A DNA stretch of 64,000 nt, taken from an uncultured Bacteroidaceae bacterium. Its GTDB lineage: Bacteria; Bacteroidota; Bacteroidia; Bacteroidales; Bacteroidaceae. The DNA lies in contig CAZEKX010000001.1 of assembly GCA_964512955.1 (NCBI GenBank), forward strand, positions 7,659-71,658, written 5' to 3'. How positions within the stretch are numbered: position 1 is the stretch's first letter; every line of letters starts with the position of its first letter. Below are positions 1 through 9,786 of the stretch, piece after piece. Made by a program: the position numbers and the translations under genes. The notes beneath the pieces are model-generated. The model ran no database searches and had not been told where the DNA came from. It saw only the letters and a list, made by a program, of their open reading frames with translations.

Positions 1-1
1 G

Positions 2-400
2 GGTATGCTTGTTGCCGCATTGGCGTTCATGATACTTATGGTTGGCTCATGGTCTCTTCCTCCTGCCGGAGAGCAACTCGCTGCCGTTGAAGCAGGTACT
101 GCAACACTTGTATCTCCCAATTGGTTGATAGGTACATATTTCGTACTTACTGTTGCCGAACTGTTGCTTTCGCCAATCGGTATATCTTTTGTGAGCAAGG
201 TTGCTCCTCCCCAGTACAAGGGTATGATGATGGGTGGCTGGTTCGTCGCAACCGCTATCGGTAATTTCCTTATAATGATTCCCGGTTGGATGTGGGGTAT
301 GGATCTTTCTATTATTTGGGGAGTACTTATAGCAATCTGCCTTGTATCGGCGTTGTTCATTTTCTCTATCCTCAAACGTTTGGAGAAAGTTGCAAAATAA
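2..400 (+). CDS. POT/PTR2-family di-/tripeptide:proton symporter, C-terminal fragment (5' end lies outside the window)
   Basis: The frame is open from the window edge. The multi-TM C-terminus carries SPIGISFVSKVAPPQYKGMMMGGWF, typical of DtpT-like peptide permeases. A long hairpin terminator follows. Confidence 0.75.
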   Translation, partial: GMLVAALAFMILMVGSWSLPPAGEQLAAVEAGTATLVSPNWLIGTYFVLTVAELLLSPIGISFVSKVAPPQYKGMMMGGWFVATAIGNFLIMIPGWMWGMDLSIIWGVLIAICLVSALFIFSILKRLEKVAK

Positions 401-429
401 GAGTAGTCTTTAAATAATACCGATATATA

Positions 430-478
430 AAAACAAAACAGATTGAATTACGCATGTAATTCAATCTGTTTTGTTTTT
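430..478 (+). terminator. Hairpin terminator with a 22-bp perfect stem and 4-nt loop, A-tract and T-tract inside the arms
   Basis: aaaacaaaacagattgaattac / gcat / gtaattcaatctgttttgtttt lies directly after the transporter stop codon. Confidence 0.8.
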
Positions 479-566
479 ATGCAAAATTTAAAAGGTATGA
501 ATTGTTGTTTTGCATATATCTTTTTTCTATCTTCGCGGTATAAAGAACAGCTTCTTAATAGAAGAG

Positions 567-1538
567 ATGATTTACGTTGCACTGCCCAATGAAACACAGC
601 ATCGCCTTCCATTCTATCTTGCTATGGAAGAGTATGTTGCGCGCATGTTGCCCGCCGGCGACTACTTCTTTATGTGGCAAGTTGCTCCCTCTGTAATATT
701 TGGCAGAAATCAGTTGATAGATAGCGAAGTGGATATTGAGTATTGTCGCAAGAACAGTATTCAAATGTATCGTCGTAAGAGTGGTGGCGGGTGTGTGTAT
801 GCCGACCACAGCAACATAATGTTTTCGTATATTACTCCCGACAGCAACGTTAATTTTACTTTCAACCGTTATATGCTTATGGTGGAGCATGTGTTGCAAA
901 AATTGGGTATAGATGCAAAAACAACCGGTCGCAACGATATACTTATCGATGGGAAAAAAGTGTCGGGTAATGCGTTCTATCATCTTCCCGAACGCAGTAT
1001 AGTACATGGCACAATGCTATACGATACCGACATTGAACGTATGGTGAATTCGACAACACCATCCGATACAAAACTTAAGAGCAAGGGTGTGGAGTCTGTT
1101 CGTCAGCATGTAACAACTCTAAATAAGTACCTTACAATATCTATTGAAGAGTTCAAATCCTTTGTTCGCGAAAACCTTTGTAATAGCGAAATAGTTCTCG
1201 ATGATAATGCTGTAGAGCATATTAAAGAGATTGAACAGGAATATCATACCGATGAATTTATTTACGGACACAACCCTGCTTATACTGTTGCAAACAGAAA
1301 ACGAATTGAGGGAGTAGGGGAGTTTGATGTTCGTATGGAGGTAAAAAAAGGCATAATACGAAAGGTAAATCTCATGGGAGACTATTTCCTTGTAGGCGAC
1401 CTTGACGGGGTTCTGCTCTCTGCACTCTGTGGGGTGGAGTATAATCGCGAGGCTGTTGAGAATGCTTTACATGCCATAGATACTTCGAATGTGATAATGA
1501 ATTTAAAGAAAGAACAATTTATAGAAATATTATTTTAA
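567..1538 (+). CDS. lplA: Lipoate-protein ligase A
   Basis: Shows LplA-like features: LPFYLAMEEY at the N-terminus, RRKSGGGCVYAD and GKKVSGNA motifs, and a C-terminal LplA domain. The ATG at 567 is preferred over the TTG at 510 in the ORF track. It sits immediately upstream of the gcv genes. Confidence 0.85.
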   Translation: MIYVALPNETQHRLPFYLAMEEYVARMLPAGDYFFMWQVAPSVIFGRNQLIDSEVDIEYCRKNSIQMYRRKSGGGCVYADHSNIMFSYITPDSNVNFTFNRYMLMVEHVLQKLGIDAKTTGRNDILIDGKKVSGNAFYHLPERSIVHGTMLYDTDIERMVNSTTPSDTKLKSKGVESVRQHVTTLNKYLTISIEEFKSFVRENLCNSEIVLDDNAVEHIKEIEQEYHTDEFIYGHNPAYTVANRKRIEGVGEFDVRMEVKKGIIRKVNLMGDYFLVGDLDGVLLSALCGVEYNREAVENALHAIDTSNVIMNLKKEQFIEILF

Positions 1539-1540
1539 TT

Positions 1541-2632
1541 ATGGAAAACAAAAGAACTTGTCTTTATGACAAACATGTTGCTTTAGGTGCTTTAATAAGC
1601 CCTTTTGGTGGTTTTGATATGCCTATTCAGTATACAAACATTGTTGAAGAGCATAATGCTGTTCGTAATGCTTGTGGAATATTCGATGTGTCGCACATGG
1701 GTGAAGTGCTTGTAACCGGTCCCGAGAGCGAAAAGTTTGTGAATTATATCTTTACAAACGATATTACCGATGCACCCGATGGGAAAATCTATTACGGAAT
1801 GATGTTGCATCCTACAGGTGGTGTCGTAGACGATTTGCTTGTTTATAAGATGGCAGACAAACGATTTTTCCTTGTGATTAATGCCGGTAATATTGATAAA
1901 GATGTTGCTTGGATTATGGAACATGCAAAGCAGTTCGATGTAACAGTTGAGCATCAGAGTGCCCACTACGGTGAGGTTGCAGTGCAAGGACCAAAGACAG
2001 AGGCTATTATAGAGAAAATTCTTGGAATTCCATGTGCCGATATGGCTTTTTATACTTGTAAAGAGGTTAAATGTAATGGTGAGACAATAATCATAAGTCG
2101 TACCGGTTATACAGGTGAGGATGGTTTTGAACTTTACGGTTCGCATGCCTTTACAAACGAGGTATGGGACAAACTTATTGCAAGTGGCGAGGTTCTTCCT
2201 TGCGGTTTAGGTTGTCGTGATACATTGCGCTTTGAGGTGGGATTGCCACTCTATGGCGACGAACTTACCGACGAGATAACTCCGTTGGAGGCTGGTCTTG
2301 GCATCTTTGTTAAGTTAGAGAAAGATGATTTCATAGGTAAAGAGGCTATCGCAAAACAAAAGGCAGAGGGCTTGAAACGTAAAATTGTTGGTATAGAGTT
2401 GAAGGATAAGGCTATTCCTCGTCATGGATATGATGTTGAGGTTGCTGGCAAGGTTATAGGACAAGTAACAACCGGCTACAACTCAATATCTACAGGTAAA
2501 AGTGTTTGTATGGCATTGATTGATGCTGAATATGGAAAGTTGGGAACCGAGGTCGAGGTACGTATACGCAAAAGAGTCTTCCCAGGTGTTGTTACTAAGA
2601 AACGTTTCTACGAGAAAAATTATAAAAAATAA
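1541..2632 (+). CDS. gcvT: Glycine cleavage system aminomethyltransferase (T protein)
   Basis: 363 aa with FDVSHMGE, ISRTGYTGEDGFE and GLGCRDTLRFE motifs. It lies in the operon with gcvH and gcvP. Confidence 0.95.
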   Translation: MENKRTCLYDKHVALGALISPFGGFDMPIQYTNIVEEHNAVRNACGIFDVSHMGEVLVTGPESEKFVNYIFTNDITDAPDGKIYYGMMLHPTGGVVDDLLVYKMADKRFFLVINAGNIDKDVAWIMEHAKQFDVTVEHQSAHYGEVAVQGPKTEAIIEKILGIPCADMAFYTCKEVKCNGETIIISRTGYTGEDGFELYGSHAFTNEVWDKLIASGEVLPCGLGCRDTLRFEVGLPLYGDELTDEITPLEAGLGIFVKLEKDDFIGKEAIAKQKAEGLKRKIVGIELKDKAIPRHGYDVEVAGKVIGQVTTGYNSISTGKSVCMALIDAEYGKLGTEVEVRIRKRVFPGVVTKKRFYEKNYKK

Positions 2633-2756
2633 GAAAACTGTCATTCGGAATGTAGTGAAGAATCTTAATATATACATTTTAGATTCTTTGTTCCACTCAG
2701 GAATAACAATGAAAATTAAATATTTAAAACATTATTAATAATTAAATCAAACGATT

Positions 2757-3137
2757 ATGAGTAAAATTGTAGATGGTCTCTATTATGCAGAGTCACACGA
2801 GTATGTAAAGATTGAAGGTGAGTATGGTTATGTAGGTATTACCGATTACGCACAGCACGAACTTGGTAACGTTGTATATGTTGATATGCCCGACGTAGAC
2901 GACGAAGTTGAGGCAGGTGCCGATTTTGGTGCTGTAGAAAGTGTTAAGGCTGCAAGCGACCTTATCTCTCCCGTAAGCGGTACAGTAGTAGAGGTTAATG
3001 AGGCTCTTAACGATTCACCCGAATTGGTTAATGCCGACCCTTATGCAAACTGGATTATCAAGGTTCAACTTAGCGATGCTTCAGAGGCTGAAAAGTTGAT
3101 GGACGCAACAGCATACAAAGCATTTATCGGTGAATAA
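2757..3137 (+). CDS. gcvH: Glycine cleavage system H protein (lipoyl carrier)
   Basis: 126 aa with the lipoyl-lysine motif ESVKAASD and YTxxHEW-like SHEYVK near the N-terminus. Confidence 0.95.
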   Translation: MSKIVDGLYYAESHEYVKIEGEYGYVGITDYAQHELGNVVYVDMPDVDDEVEAGADFGAVESVKAASDLISPVSGTVVEVNEALNDSPELVNADPYANWIIKVQLSDASEAEKLMDATAYKAFIGE

Positions 3138-3184
3138 TCGATGGCTTGGGATATTGCATAAATAAAAACAAAAGAATAGAATAA

Positions 3185-4501
3185 ATGAAATATTTTCCCC
3201 ATACACAGGACGATATTGAACAGATGTTGGCTGTCGCAGGCTTAAAGTCGATGGACGACCTCTTTGGTGAAATACCGGAACAACTGCTGTTCAAACGCGA
3301 ATTTGACCTACCCGAGGCCATGTCCGAGGTGGAGATACGCAAATTCTTCGATGCTCTTGGCAAAAAGAACAGTCAACTTGTTTGTTTTGCGGGAGCAGGT
3401 GTTGAGGATCATTATGCACCCTCAATAATCAACCCCATTATTTCACGTGGTGAGTTCCTTACTGCGTATACACCCTACCAGCCCGAGATTTCGCAAGGCA
3501 CATTGCAGTATATTTTCGAATATCAGTCGATGATTTGCGAACTTACCGGAATGGATGTTACCAACGCATCTATGTACGACGGTTGCACTGCTACAGCCGA
3601 GGCTGTGATGATGTGTGTTGCCGCTGCAAAGAAACGTAACAAGGTGCTTGTTTCGGCAACTATGAATCCCAAAGTGAAACGAGTTGTAGAGACATACGCA
3701 AAGTATAACGGCGTTATTGTAGAGACTATAGCCGAAAAAGATGGTGTAACCGACCTAGCAGACCTACAGGCAAAACTCGAAGGCGACGATGTTGCAGGAG
3801 TTATACTTGCACAACCTAACTTCTATGGTATTGTAGAGGATTACTCGGGTGTTGCCGATATGTGTCATGCAAAGAAAACGCTTATGGTGATGAATGCCAA
3901 TCCTTCGGCTCTTGCTGTGCTTAAAACACCGGCAGAGTGGGGTGCTGACATTGCATGTGGTGATGGACAGACACTAGGTATCCCCATGAATTACGGTGGT
4001 CCGTACGTGGGTTATCTTGCTTGTACCAACTCGCTTGTTCGCAAACTTCCCGGACGTATAGTTGGAAGCACAACCGATGTAGATGGTAAACGTGCTTTTG
4101 TACTAACTTTGCAGGCACGTGAACAGCATATACGTCGCGAAAAGGCAAACAGTAACATCTGTTCCAACCAGTCTCTTATGGCTTTGTATGTAACAATATA
4201 TATGTCGCTCATGGGACACAACGGTTTGAAAGAGGTGAACAAATTATCTTATGCCGGTGCGCATTATCTTGCCGAGCAACTTGTTGCCACAGGTAAATGT
4301 ACAATGGTATATGACAAACCATTCCTTAATGAGTTTGCAGTGAAAACATCTGTATGCCCCAAGAAGATACAGGCTGCACTCTTAGAGAAAGGAATACTTG
4401 GCGGAGTACGTATTGCTGATGATATGTTGCTGTTCTGTGTAACTGAGCAACGTAGCAAAGCCGAAATAGATTTGTTGGTAGACACTGTTAAGAACTTATA
4501 A
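3185..4501 (+). CDS. gcvPA: Glycine dehydrogenase (decarboxylating) subunit 1
   Basis: 438 aa with TAYTPYQPEISQGTLQ and the GIPMNYGGPYVGY motif of split P-protein alpha subunits. Confidence 0.93.
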   Translation: MKYFPHTQDDIEQMLAVAGLKSMDDLFGEIPEQLLFKREFDLPEAMSEVEIRKFFDALGKKNSQLVCFAGAGVEDHYAPSIINPIISRGEFLTAYTPYQPEISQGTLQYIFEYQSMICELTGMDVTNASMYDGCTATAEAVMMCVAAAKKRNKVLVSATMNPKVKRVVETYAKYNGVIVETIAEKDGVTDLADLQAKLEGDDVAGVILAQPNFYGIVEDYSGVADMCHAKKTLMVMNANPSALAVLKTPAEWGADIACGDGQTLGIPMNYGGPYVGYLACTNSLVRKLPGRIVGSTTDVDGKRAFVLTLQAREQHIRREKANSNICSNQSLMALYVTIYMSLMGHNGLKEVNKLSYAGAHYLAEQLVATGKCTMVYDKPFLNEFAVKTSVCPKKIQAALLEKGILGGVRIADDMLLFCVTEQRSKAEIDLLVDTVKNL

Positions 4502-4518
4502 TTAAGGGAGGATACAAT

Positions 4519-5985
4519 ATGATACGCAATTATGATAAATTGATTTTTGAACTCTCAAAAGAGGGTCGCGTGGGATATTCCCTCCCCAAGAAAGAGATTG
4601 AAGGTTACTGTATGTGCAGTGGTTTGCCCGAAAACCTCAAACGTGAGAGTAAACCCGAACTACCCGAAGTAACTGAGTTCGACGTGGTACGTCATTACAC
4701 CAATTTGTCGAATAAGAACTTTGGTGTAGATACAGGCTTCTATCCTTTAGGTAGTTGTACTATGAAGTACAATCCACGTATTAACGAGGAAATGGCTGCA
4801 CACCCCGCCTTTACCGGTTTGCATCCCGAACTGCCTGCCGAGTGCGCACAAGGTGCATTGGAAGTATATTATAACTTGGCAAACTCTTTGGCGGAGATAA
4901 GCGGACTATCTGCCTTTACTTTAAATCCCTACGCTGGTGCTCATGGCGAGTTGACAGGACTTATGATTATGCGTCAATACCATATACAGCGTGGCGATTT
5001 GAAACGTACAAAGGTTATTGTTCCCGACAGTGCGCATGGTACTAACCCCGCAAGTGCCGCAGTTTGTGGTCTTGAGATTGTTGAGGTGAAATCTACCGCC
5101 AATGGTACTGTGGATGTAGAGGATTTGAAACCTCTTCTTGACGATACTATTGCAGGTATAATGATGACTAACCCTAATACCTTAGGTATATTTGAAACAG
5201 AAATCCCCGAGATTTCGCGTCTTGTACACGAGTGTGGCGGTTTACTTTACTACGATGGAGCCAATTTGAATGCTGTTCTTGGTAAGTGTCGTCCGGGTGA
5301 CATGGGATTCGATATCATGCATATAAATTTGCATAAGACTTTCTCTACACCTCATGGTGGCGGTGGTCCCGGTGATGGTCCTGTTGGAGTACGTGCCGGC
5401 TTGGAGCATCTGTTACCCAATCCTCAGGTTAAGAGAGATGCCGATGGAAAATTCTATATTGATACCGATGATAAGTCGGCAGGGTATGTTTCAAACTTCC
5501 TTGGCAACTTTGCTGTAATAGCACGTGCCTATACATATATTCTTACTCTAGGTCGTGAGAATGTGAAGATGGTAGGTCCTCTTGCTGTGCTTAATGCCAA
5601 CTATGTTAAGGAGTCGTTGAAGAATGAGTACTATTTGCCTATCGAGGGTGTTTGCAAACATGAGTTTGTATTCGACGGTCTTGCCGACAAGTCTACAGGA
5701 GTAACTACACTCGATATTGCAAAACGTTTGCTCGATTATGGTTATCATGCACCTACAATCTATTTCCCGCTTCTGTTCCATCAGAGTATTATGATTGAGC
5801 CTACAGAAACCGAGAGCAAAGAGACACTCGACGAATTTATAGCAGTTATGAAAAAGGTTGCAAAAGAGGCAATAGAGAATCCCGATGTTGTTAAGAGCGC
5901 ACCACACTCTACACCGGTACGTCGTCTCGATGAGACAACGGCTGCTCGATTCCCCAAAACAACCTATAGACAGATGAAAGGGTAA
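4519..5985 (+). CDS. gcvPB: Glycine dehydrogenase (decarboxylating) subunit 2
   Basis: 488 aa with YPLGSCTMKYNP and the PLP-lysine region NLHKTFSTPHGGGGPG. A GGAGG lies 8 nt upstream of the ATG. Confidence 0.93.
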   Translation: MIRNYDKLIFELSKEGRVGYSLPKKEIEGYCMCSGLPENLKRESKPELPEVTEFDVVRHYTNLSNKNFGVDTGFYPLGSCTMKYNPRINEEMAAHPAFTGLHPELPAECAQGALEVYYNLANSLAEISGLSAFTLNPYAGAHGELTGLMIMRQYHIQRGDLKRTKVIVPDSAHGTNPASAAVCGLEIVEVKSTANGTVDVEDLKPLLDDTIAGIMMTNPNTLGIFETEIPEISRLVHECGGLLYYDGANLNAVLGKCRPGDMGFDIMHINLHKTFSTPHGGGGPGDGPVGVRAGLEHLLPNPQVKRDADGKFYIDTDDKSAGYVSNFLGNFAVIARAYTYILTLGRENVKMVGPLAVLNANYVKESLKNEYYLPIEGVCKHEFVFDGLADKSTGVTTLDIAKRLLDYGYHAPTIYFPLLFHQSIMIEPTETESKETLDEFIAVMKKVAKEAIENPDVVKSAPHSTPVRRLDETTAARFPKTTYRQMKG

Positions 5986-5996
5986 TTTTTGATAAT

Positions 5997-6031
5997 ATAA
6001 TTAAGGCATCGCATTGCGATGCCTTAATTAT
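5997..6031. terminator. Bidirectional hairpin terminator between convergent gcvPB and purN
   Basis: ataattaaggcatcgc / att / gcgatgccttaattat, a perfect 16-bp stem. Confidence 0.75.
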
Positions 6032-6047
6032 ATATATGTATTAACAA

Positions 6048-6620
6048 TTAATCCAGTGTGTGAAGTATCTCCTCTATTACATGTGGAAAATGTTCGTATT
6101 CCAACGCATGAACCTTTGTTGCAACATCGTGCGGGGTATCTTCGGGTAAAACAGGGCATGTTGCTTGAAAGAATGTAATGCCTTTGTCGTAGTCGCTGTC
6201 AATAAGGTGAATTGTTATACCGCTCTCCTTCTCACCTGCTGCTACAACTGCTTGGTGTACACGGTCGCCATACATGCCCTTCCCACCATATTTTGGAAGT
6301 AGAGCAGGGTGTATGTTTACTATTTTACCGGGGTATGCCTCTATGAGTTTTTGAGGAACGAGTAGCAGAAAACCTGCAAGTACAATAAAGTCTATGTTGC
6401 GTTTCTGTAATTCGGTTATTAACTCATCGGCATCCATGAATTGTGCTTTATTTACAACAATGGACTCAATATTCAACTTCTTTGCGCGTTCCAAAACGTA
6501 TGCATTTGGGTTGTTTGCCACAATTAACGATATTTGGGCGTAGTCCGACCCCGAAAAGTAGTTTGCAATATTTTCGGCATTGGAACCGCTGCCGGATGCA
6601 AAAATTGCTATGTTCTTCAT
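6048..6620 (-). CDS. purN: Phosphoribosylglycinamide formyltransferase
   Basis: 190 aa with FASGSGSNAENI, NIHPALLPKYGG and the HLIDSDYDKG catalytic region. Confidence 0.9.
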   Translation of the reverse strand: MKNIAIFASGSGSNAENIANYFSGSDYAQISLIVANNPNAYVLERAKKLNIESIVVNKAQFMDADELITELQKRNIDFIVLAGFLLLVPQKLIEAYPGKIVNIHPALLPKYGGKGMYGDRVHQAVVAAGEKESGITIHLIDSDYDKGITFFQATCPVLPEDTPHDVATKVHALEYEHFPHVIEEILHTLD

Positions 6621-6633
6621 AATTTCTATGTAT

Positions 6634-7527
6634 TTACGATATTGGTATTAAACGACGTAGAACCTGCTCACCGTATGTCTTAGAGATGGGAATCTCTTTG
6701 ATATTTGGGTAACCCAACTCCAAAAACAGGTTCTCCTTCTCTCGGCGCATAACCTTTACAACATCTAAATTTACCATGTATGAACGATGACAACGTACTA
6801 TATTTGTTTCGGCAAGTTGCTCGCTAATCTCTTTCATGGTTATACGCATAAGTTGTTTCTTTAATTGTTCGTTCTTTATGTACCAAATGCATATATAATT
6901 ATCGGCCGACTCAATGTATAGCAAGTTTTCTTTTGCTACAGATAGTTGCAAAACTCCACGCTCATCGCGAAAAGAGATAAGTGAACTCCCTTTGAAGCCT
7001 ATATTCTCATTCATCAGTTCCTTAAGTTTTTCGTTCTTCTCTTTATACGAAAAATACATCATGCAAATAAGGTATGGAATGAATATGATGAACACTGTAT
7101 TTCGGAGTGCCTGCATATATATAACCAGTGGATCGTATGACTCCAATTTTATATTACCTCTCTCCGATGTAATTATTGCCAATATGGTAAATGCACCGGC
7201 AAGTAGGAGAAACTCCACAAAAATCCATATACCATATTTTAATATTGTTATGCTGTGAGTGGGCTTTTTGGAGTATTTATACATTATAACTCTGCTGATA
7301 GCCACAACAGTCATACCTAACAGTACCAATGCCGAGGACCATGCAAAATACCATGTGGCAGTGAAGCCTCTGTGTTCAATCCATTGACTCGATTCAAAAG
7401 GTTTGAAGATGTTTATGAATATTATAGCAAATATTGAAACAAACAGCACCATGATAATCTGGCTGCGTTTCTCCAGCAGATATTTTGGTACTTTTGAAAA
7501 TAAAATGGATGTATATGATGTTGCCAT
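6634..7527 (-). CDS. Membrane-anchored LytTR-domain DNA-binding protein
   Basis: About four or five N-terminal TM helices, followed by a C-terminal LytTR-like domain (IESADNYICIWY ... IVRCHRSYMVNL). Confidence 0.7.
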   Translation of the reverse strand: MATSYTSILFSKVPKYLLEKRSQIIMVLFVSIFAIIFINIFKPFESSQWIEHRGFTATWYFAWSSALVLLGMTVVAISRVIMYKYSKKPTHSITILKYGIWIFVEFLLLAGAFTILAIITSERGNIKLESYDPLVIYMQALRNTVFIIFIPYLICMMYFSYKEKNEKLKELMNENIGFKGSSLISFRDERGVLQLSVAKENLLYIESADNYICIWYIKNEQLKKQLMRITMKEISEQLAETNIVRCHRSYMVNLDVVKVMRREKENLFLELGYPNIKEIPISKTYGEQVLRRLIPIS

Positions 7528-7721
7528 TTTTTTATCTGTATTTATATATAAAGTATTTTATTGTGCGAAGATAATTAAAATTGATGAATAAATCTTGTAA
7601 AATTATCTCTTGCCAATAAGTTTTTTGAAAAATTAAGTGTATCTTCGCGACGGTATAATATGCCCTACTAGGCGGTTTTTTCTGCTTCTTTTTTGTTAAT
7701 GTGCTTATTTAAAGAGTATTA

Positions 7722-8444
7722 ATGTCAATTATTAAGTATAAAAATGTAAATATTCACATCGATTCCAAAATTATTTTAGAAGATGTGAACCTGACACTCG
7801 ATGCAGGTGATTTTGCATACATAACAGGTGCTGTCGGCTCCGGTAAATCGTCTTTGATGAAAACCTTGTATGGCGAGGTCGATGTTCACAGTGGCAATGC
7901 CATGCTGTTCGATGAATTTGATATGTGTAATCTTCGTCGCAGTAAACTTCCTGCACTGCGTAAACGAATAGGAATTGTTTTTCAGGATTTTCAGTTGCTT
8001 ACAGATAGAACCGTACACGACAACCTCGACTTTGTACTTCGTTCCACAGGGTGGAAGAGAAGGAGTGAACGTGAAATACGTATCGAAGAGGTTTTGGAAC
8101 AAGTGGGGCTGAAACAGAAAGGTTATAAGATGCCACACGAATTATCGGGTGGAGAGCAGCAACGTGTTGTGATTGCTCGCGCAATTCTGAATCGTCCGGC
8201 GTTATTGCTGGCTGACGAGCCAACAGGTAACCTCGATAGTGAAACCGGACATTTTATAATGAGGCTCCTGCACCGTATATGTCGTGAGGAACATACAGCA
8301 GTACTCATGATAACCCATAACGAACAGTGGCTCACAGATTATCCGGCAGGAGAGTTTTTGTGTCATGGCGGAAAACTGCAAATGAAACGCAGTTCGCGTA
8401 TAATTCATTCTGAAACATCTTTTTTTGAAAACGAAATAAATTAA
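7722..8444 (+). CDS. FtsE-like ABC transporter ATP-binding protein
   Basis: Walker A GAVGSGKSS, signature LSGGEQQRVVIARA and Walker B LLLADEPTGNLD. Size and sequence fit the FtsE / cell-division ATPase family. Confidence 0.75.
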   Translation: MSIIKYKNVNIHIDSKIILEDVNLTLDAGDFAYITGAVGSGKSSLMKTLYGEVDVHSGNAMLFDEFDMCNLRRSKLPALRKRIGIVFQDFQLLTDRTVHDNLDFVLRSTGWKRRSEREIRIEEVLEQVGLKQKGYKMPHELSGGEQQRVVIARAILNRPALLLADEPTGNLDSETGHFIMRLLHRICREEHTAVLMITHNEQWLTDYPAGEFLCHGGKLQMKRSSRIIHSETSFFENEIN

Positions 8445-8451
8445 ATAAAGT

Positions 8452-9777
8452 ATGAAAGTATTAAAATTTGGAGGTACATCCGTTGGCTCAGCCGAGCGTA
8501 TGAAGAGTGTTGTTAAACTTATTGCCGATGGTAATTCAAAGATAGTTGTCCTGTCGGCAATGTCGGGAACAACAAACTCTCTTATTGAATTCACAAATTA
8601 TCTGCGTAACGGAAACCCTAACGGTGCTTGTGAACACTCTACATTCCTGCAATCGAAATATAAACAGACAATAAAAGAACTCTATTCAACAGAACAGTAT
8701 GCAACTCTTGCAACAGAAAAGATAAATGAGGTTTTTGGTCATTTGCGTGAACTTGCACGTAAACCACTTACCGATGCGCTGGAAAGAGAAATTGTTGCTC
8801 AAGGCGAGATAATGTCTACCAATATGGTTGTATTTTATATGCAGGAGCAGGGTATAGATTCAGTCCTGTTGAACTCATTCGACTTCATGCGTCTGTCGGC
8901 GAATGGTGAACCCGACCTGGATTATATTCGTGAGCATATTACACCGCTCATTGACGTCGAAGCAACATCGCGTATATATATCGCACAAGGCTTCATCTGC
9001 TTAAACCACGAAGGTGGTATAGACAATCTGCAAAGAGGTGGTAGCGATTACACTGCAACCCTCATTGGAGCGGCAATAAAAGCCGAGGAGGTACAAATAT
9101 GGACCGACATAGACGGTATGCACAACAACGACCCACGTATTGTGGATAATACCTCGCCTGTTCGTCATTTGCATTTTGAGGAGTCGGCAGAGTTGGCATA
9201 TTTCGGAGCAAAGATTTTGCATCCCACATGTATACTTCCTGCAAAGTTGGCAGGTACACCGGTGCGTCTGCTAAATACCATGGACCCAAAAGCCGAAGGT
9301 ACACTTATTGACAACAATCTTACCTGTCCCGGAGAGATTAAGGCAATTGCTGCAAAAGACGGTATCACTGCCATAAAGATAAAGTCGGGTCGTATGTTGC
9401 TGGCATACGGTTTCTTACGTAAAGTGTTCGAAATATTTGAAACTTACTCAACATCAATTGATATGATATGTACATCGGAGGTGGGAGTATCAATGTCAAT
9501 AGACGATGACCGTAAATTGGACGATATAGTTGGCGAGTTGCAAAAGTATGGTACTGTTACTGTAGACCGTGATATGTGTATTATATGTATTGTTGGTGAC
9601 TTGAACTGGGAGAATGTTGGTTTCGAGGCGCGTGCAATGGAGGCTATGAAGGATATTCCTGTACGTATGGTTTCTTACGGAGGTAGTAACTACAACATAT
9701 CGTTCCTAATTAAAGAGGAAGATAAGAATCGTGCATTACGTTCTTTGAGCGAAACAATATTTAATTCAAAGAAGTAA
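8452..9777 (+). CDS. lysC: Aspartate kinase
   Basis: MKVLKFGGTSVGS at the N-terminus, the RGGSDYTA motif and C-terminal ACT-like repeats. It lies immediately upstream of lysA. Confidence 0.9.
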   Translation: MKVLKFGGTSVGSAERMKSVVKLIADGNSKIVVLSAMSGTTNSLIEFTNYLRNGNPNGACEHSTFLQSKYKQTIKELYSTEQYATLATEKINEVFGHLRELARKPLTDALEREIVAQGEIMSTNMVVFYMQEQGIDSVLLNSFDFMRLSANGEPDLDYIREHITPLIDVEATSRIYIAQGFICLNHEGGIDNLQRGGSDYTATLIGAAIKAEEVQIWTDIDGMHNNDPRIVDNTSPVRHLHFEESAELAYFGAKILHPTCILPAKLAGTPVRLLNTMDPKAEGTLIDNNLTCPGEIKAIAAKDGITAIKIKSGRMLLAYGFLRKVFEIFETYSTSIDMICTSEVGVSMSIDDDRKLDDIVGELQKYGTVTVDRDMCIICIVGDLNWENVGFEARAMEAMKDIPVRMVSYGGSNYNISFLIKEEDKNRALRSLSETIFNSKK

Positions 9778-9786
9778 GATAGTAAG

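Noticed and set aside
555-1007. Many 60-180-aa ORFs in the six-frame track lie antisense to or out of frame within long, well-supported genes. Examples are 555-1007, 1592-2146, 10390-10839, 25417-25893, 26605-27078, 34025-34489, 37510-37926, 44302-44724, 60668-61075 and 63285-63797.
   Set aside because: They sit entirely inside confidently identified genes on the other strand or in another frame. They have odd composition (Cys/His/Tyr/Phe-rich, low complexity) and no recognisable motifs. They look like typical shadow ORFs.
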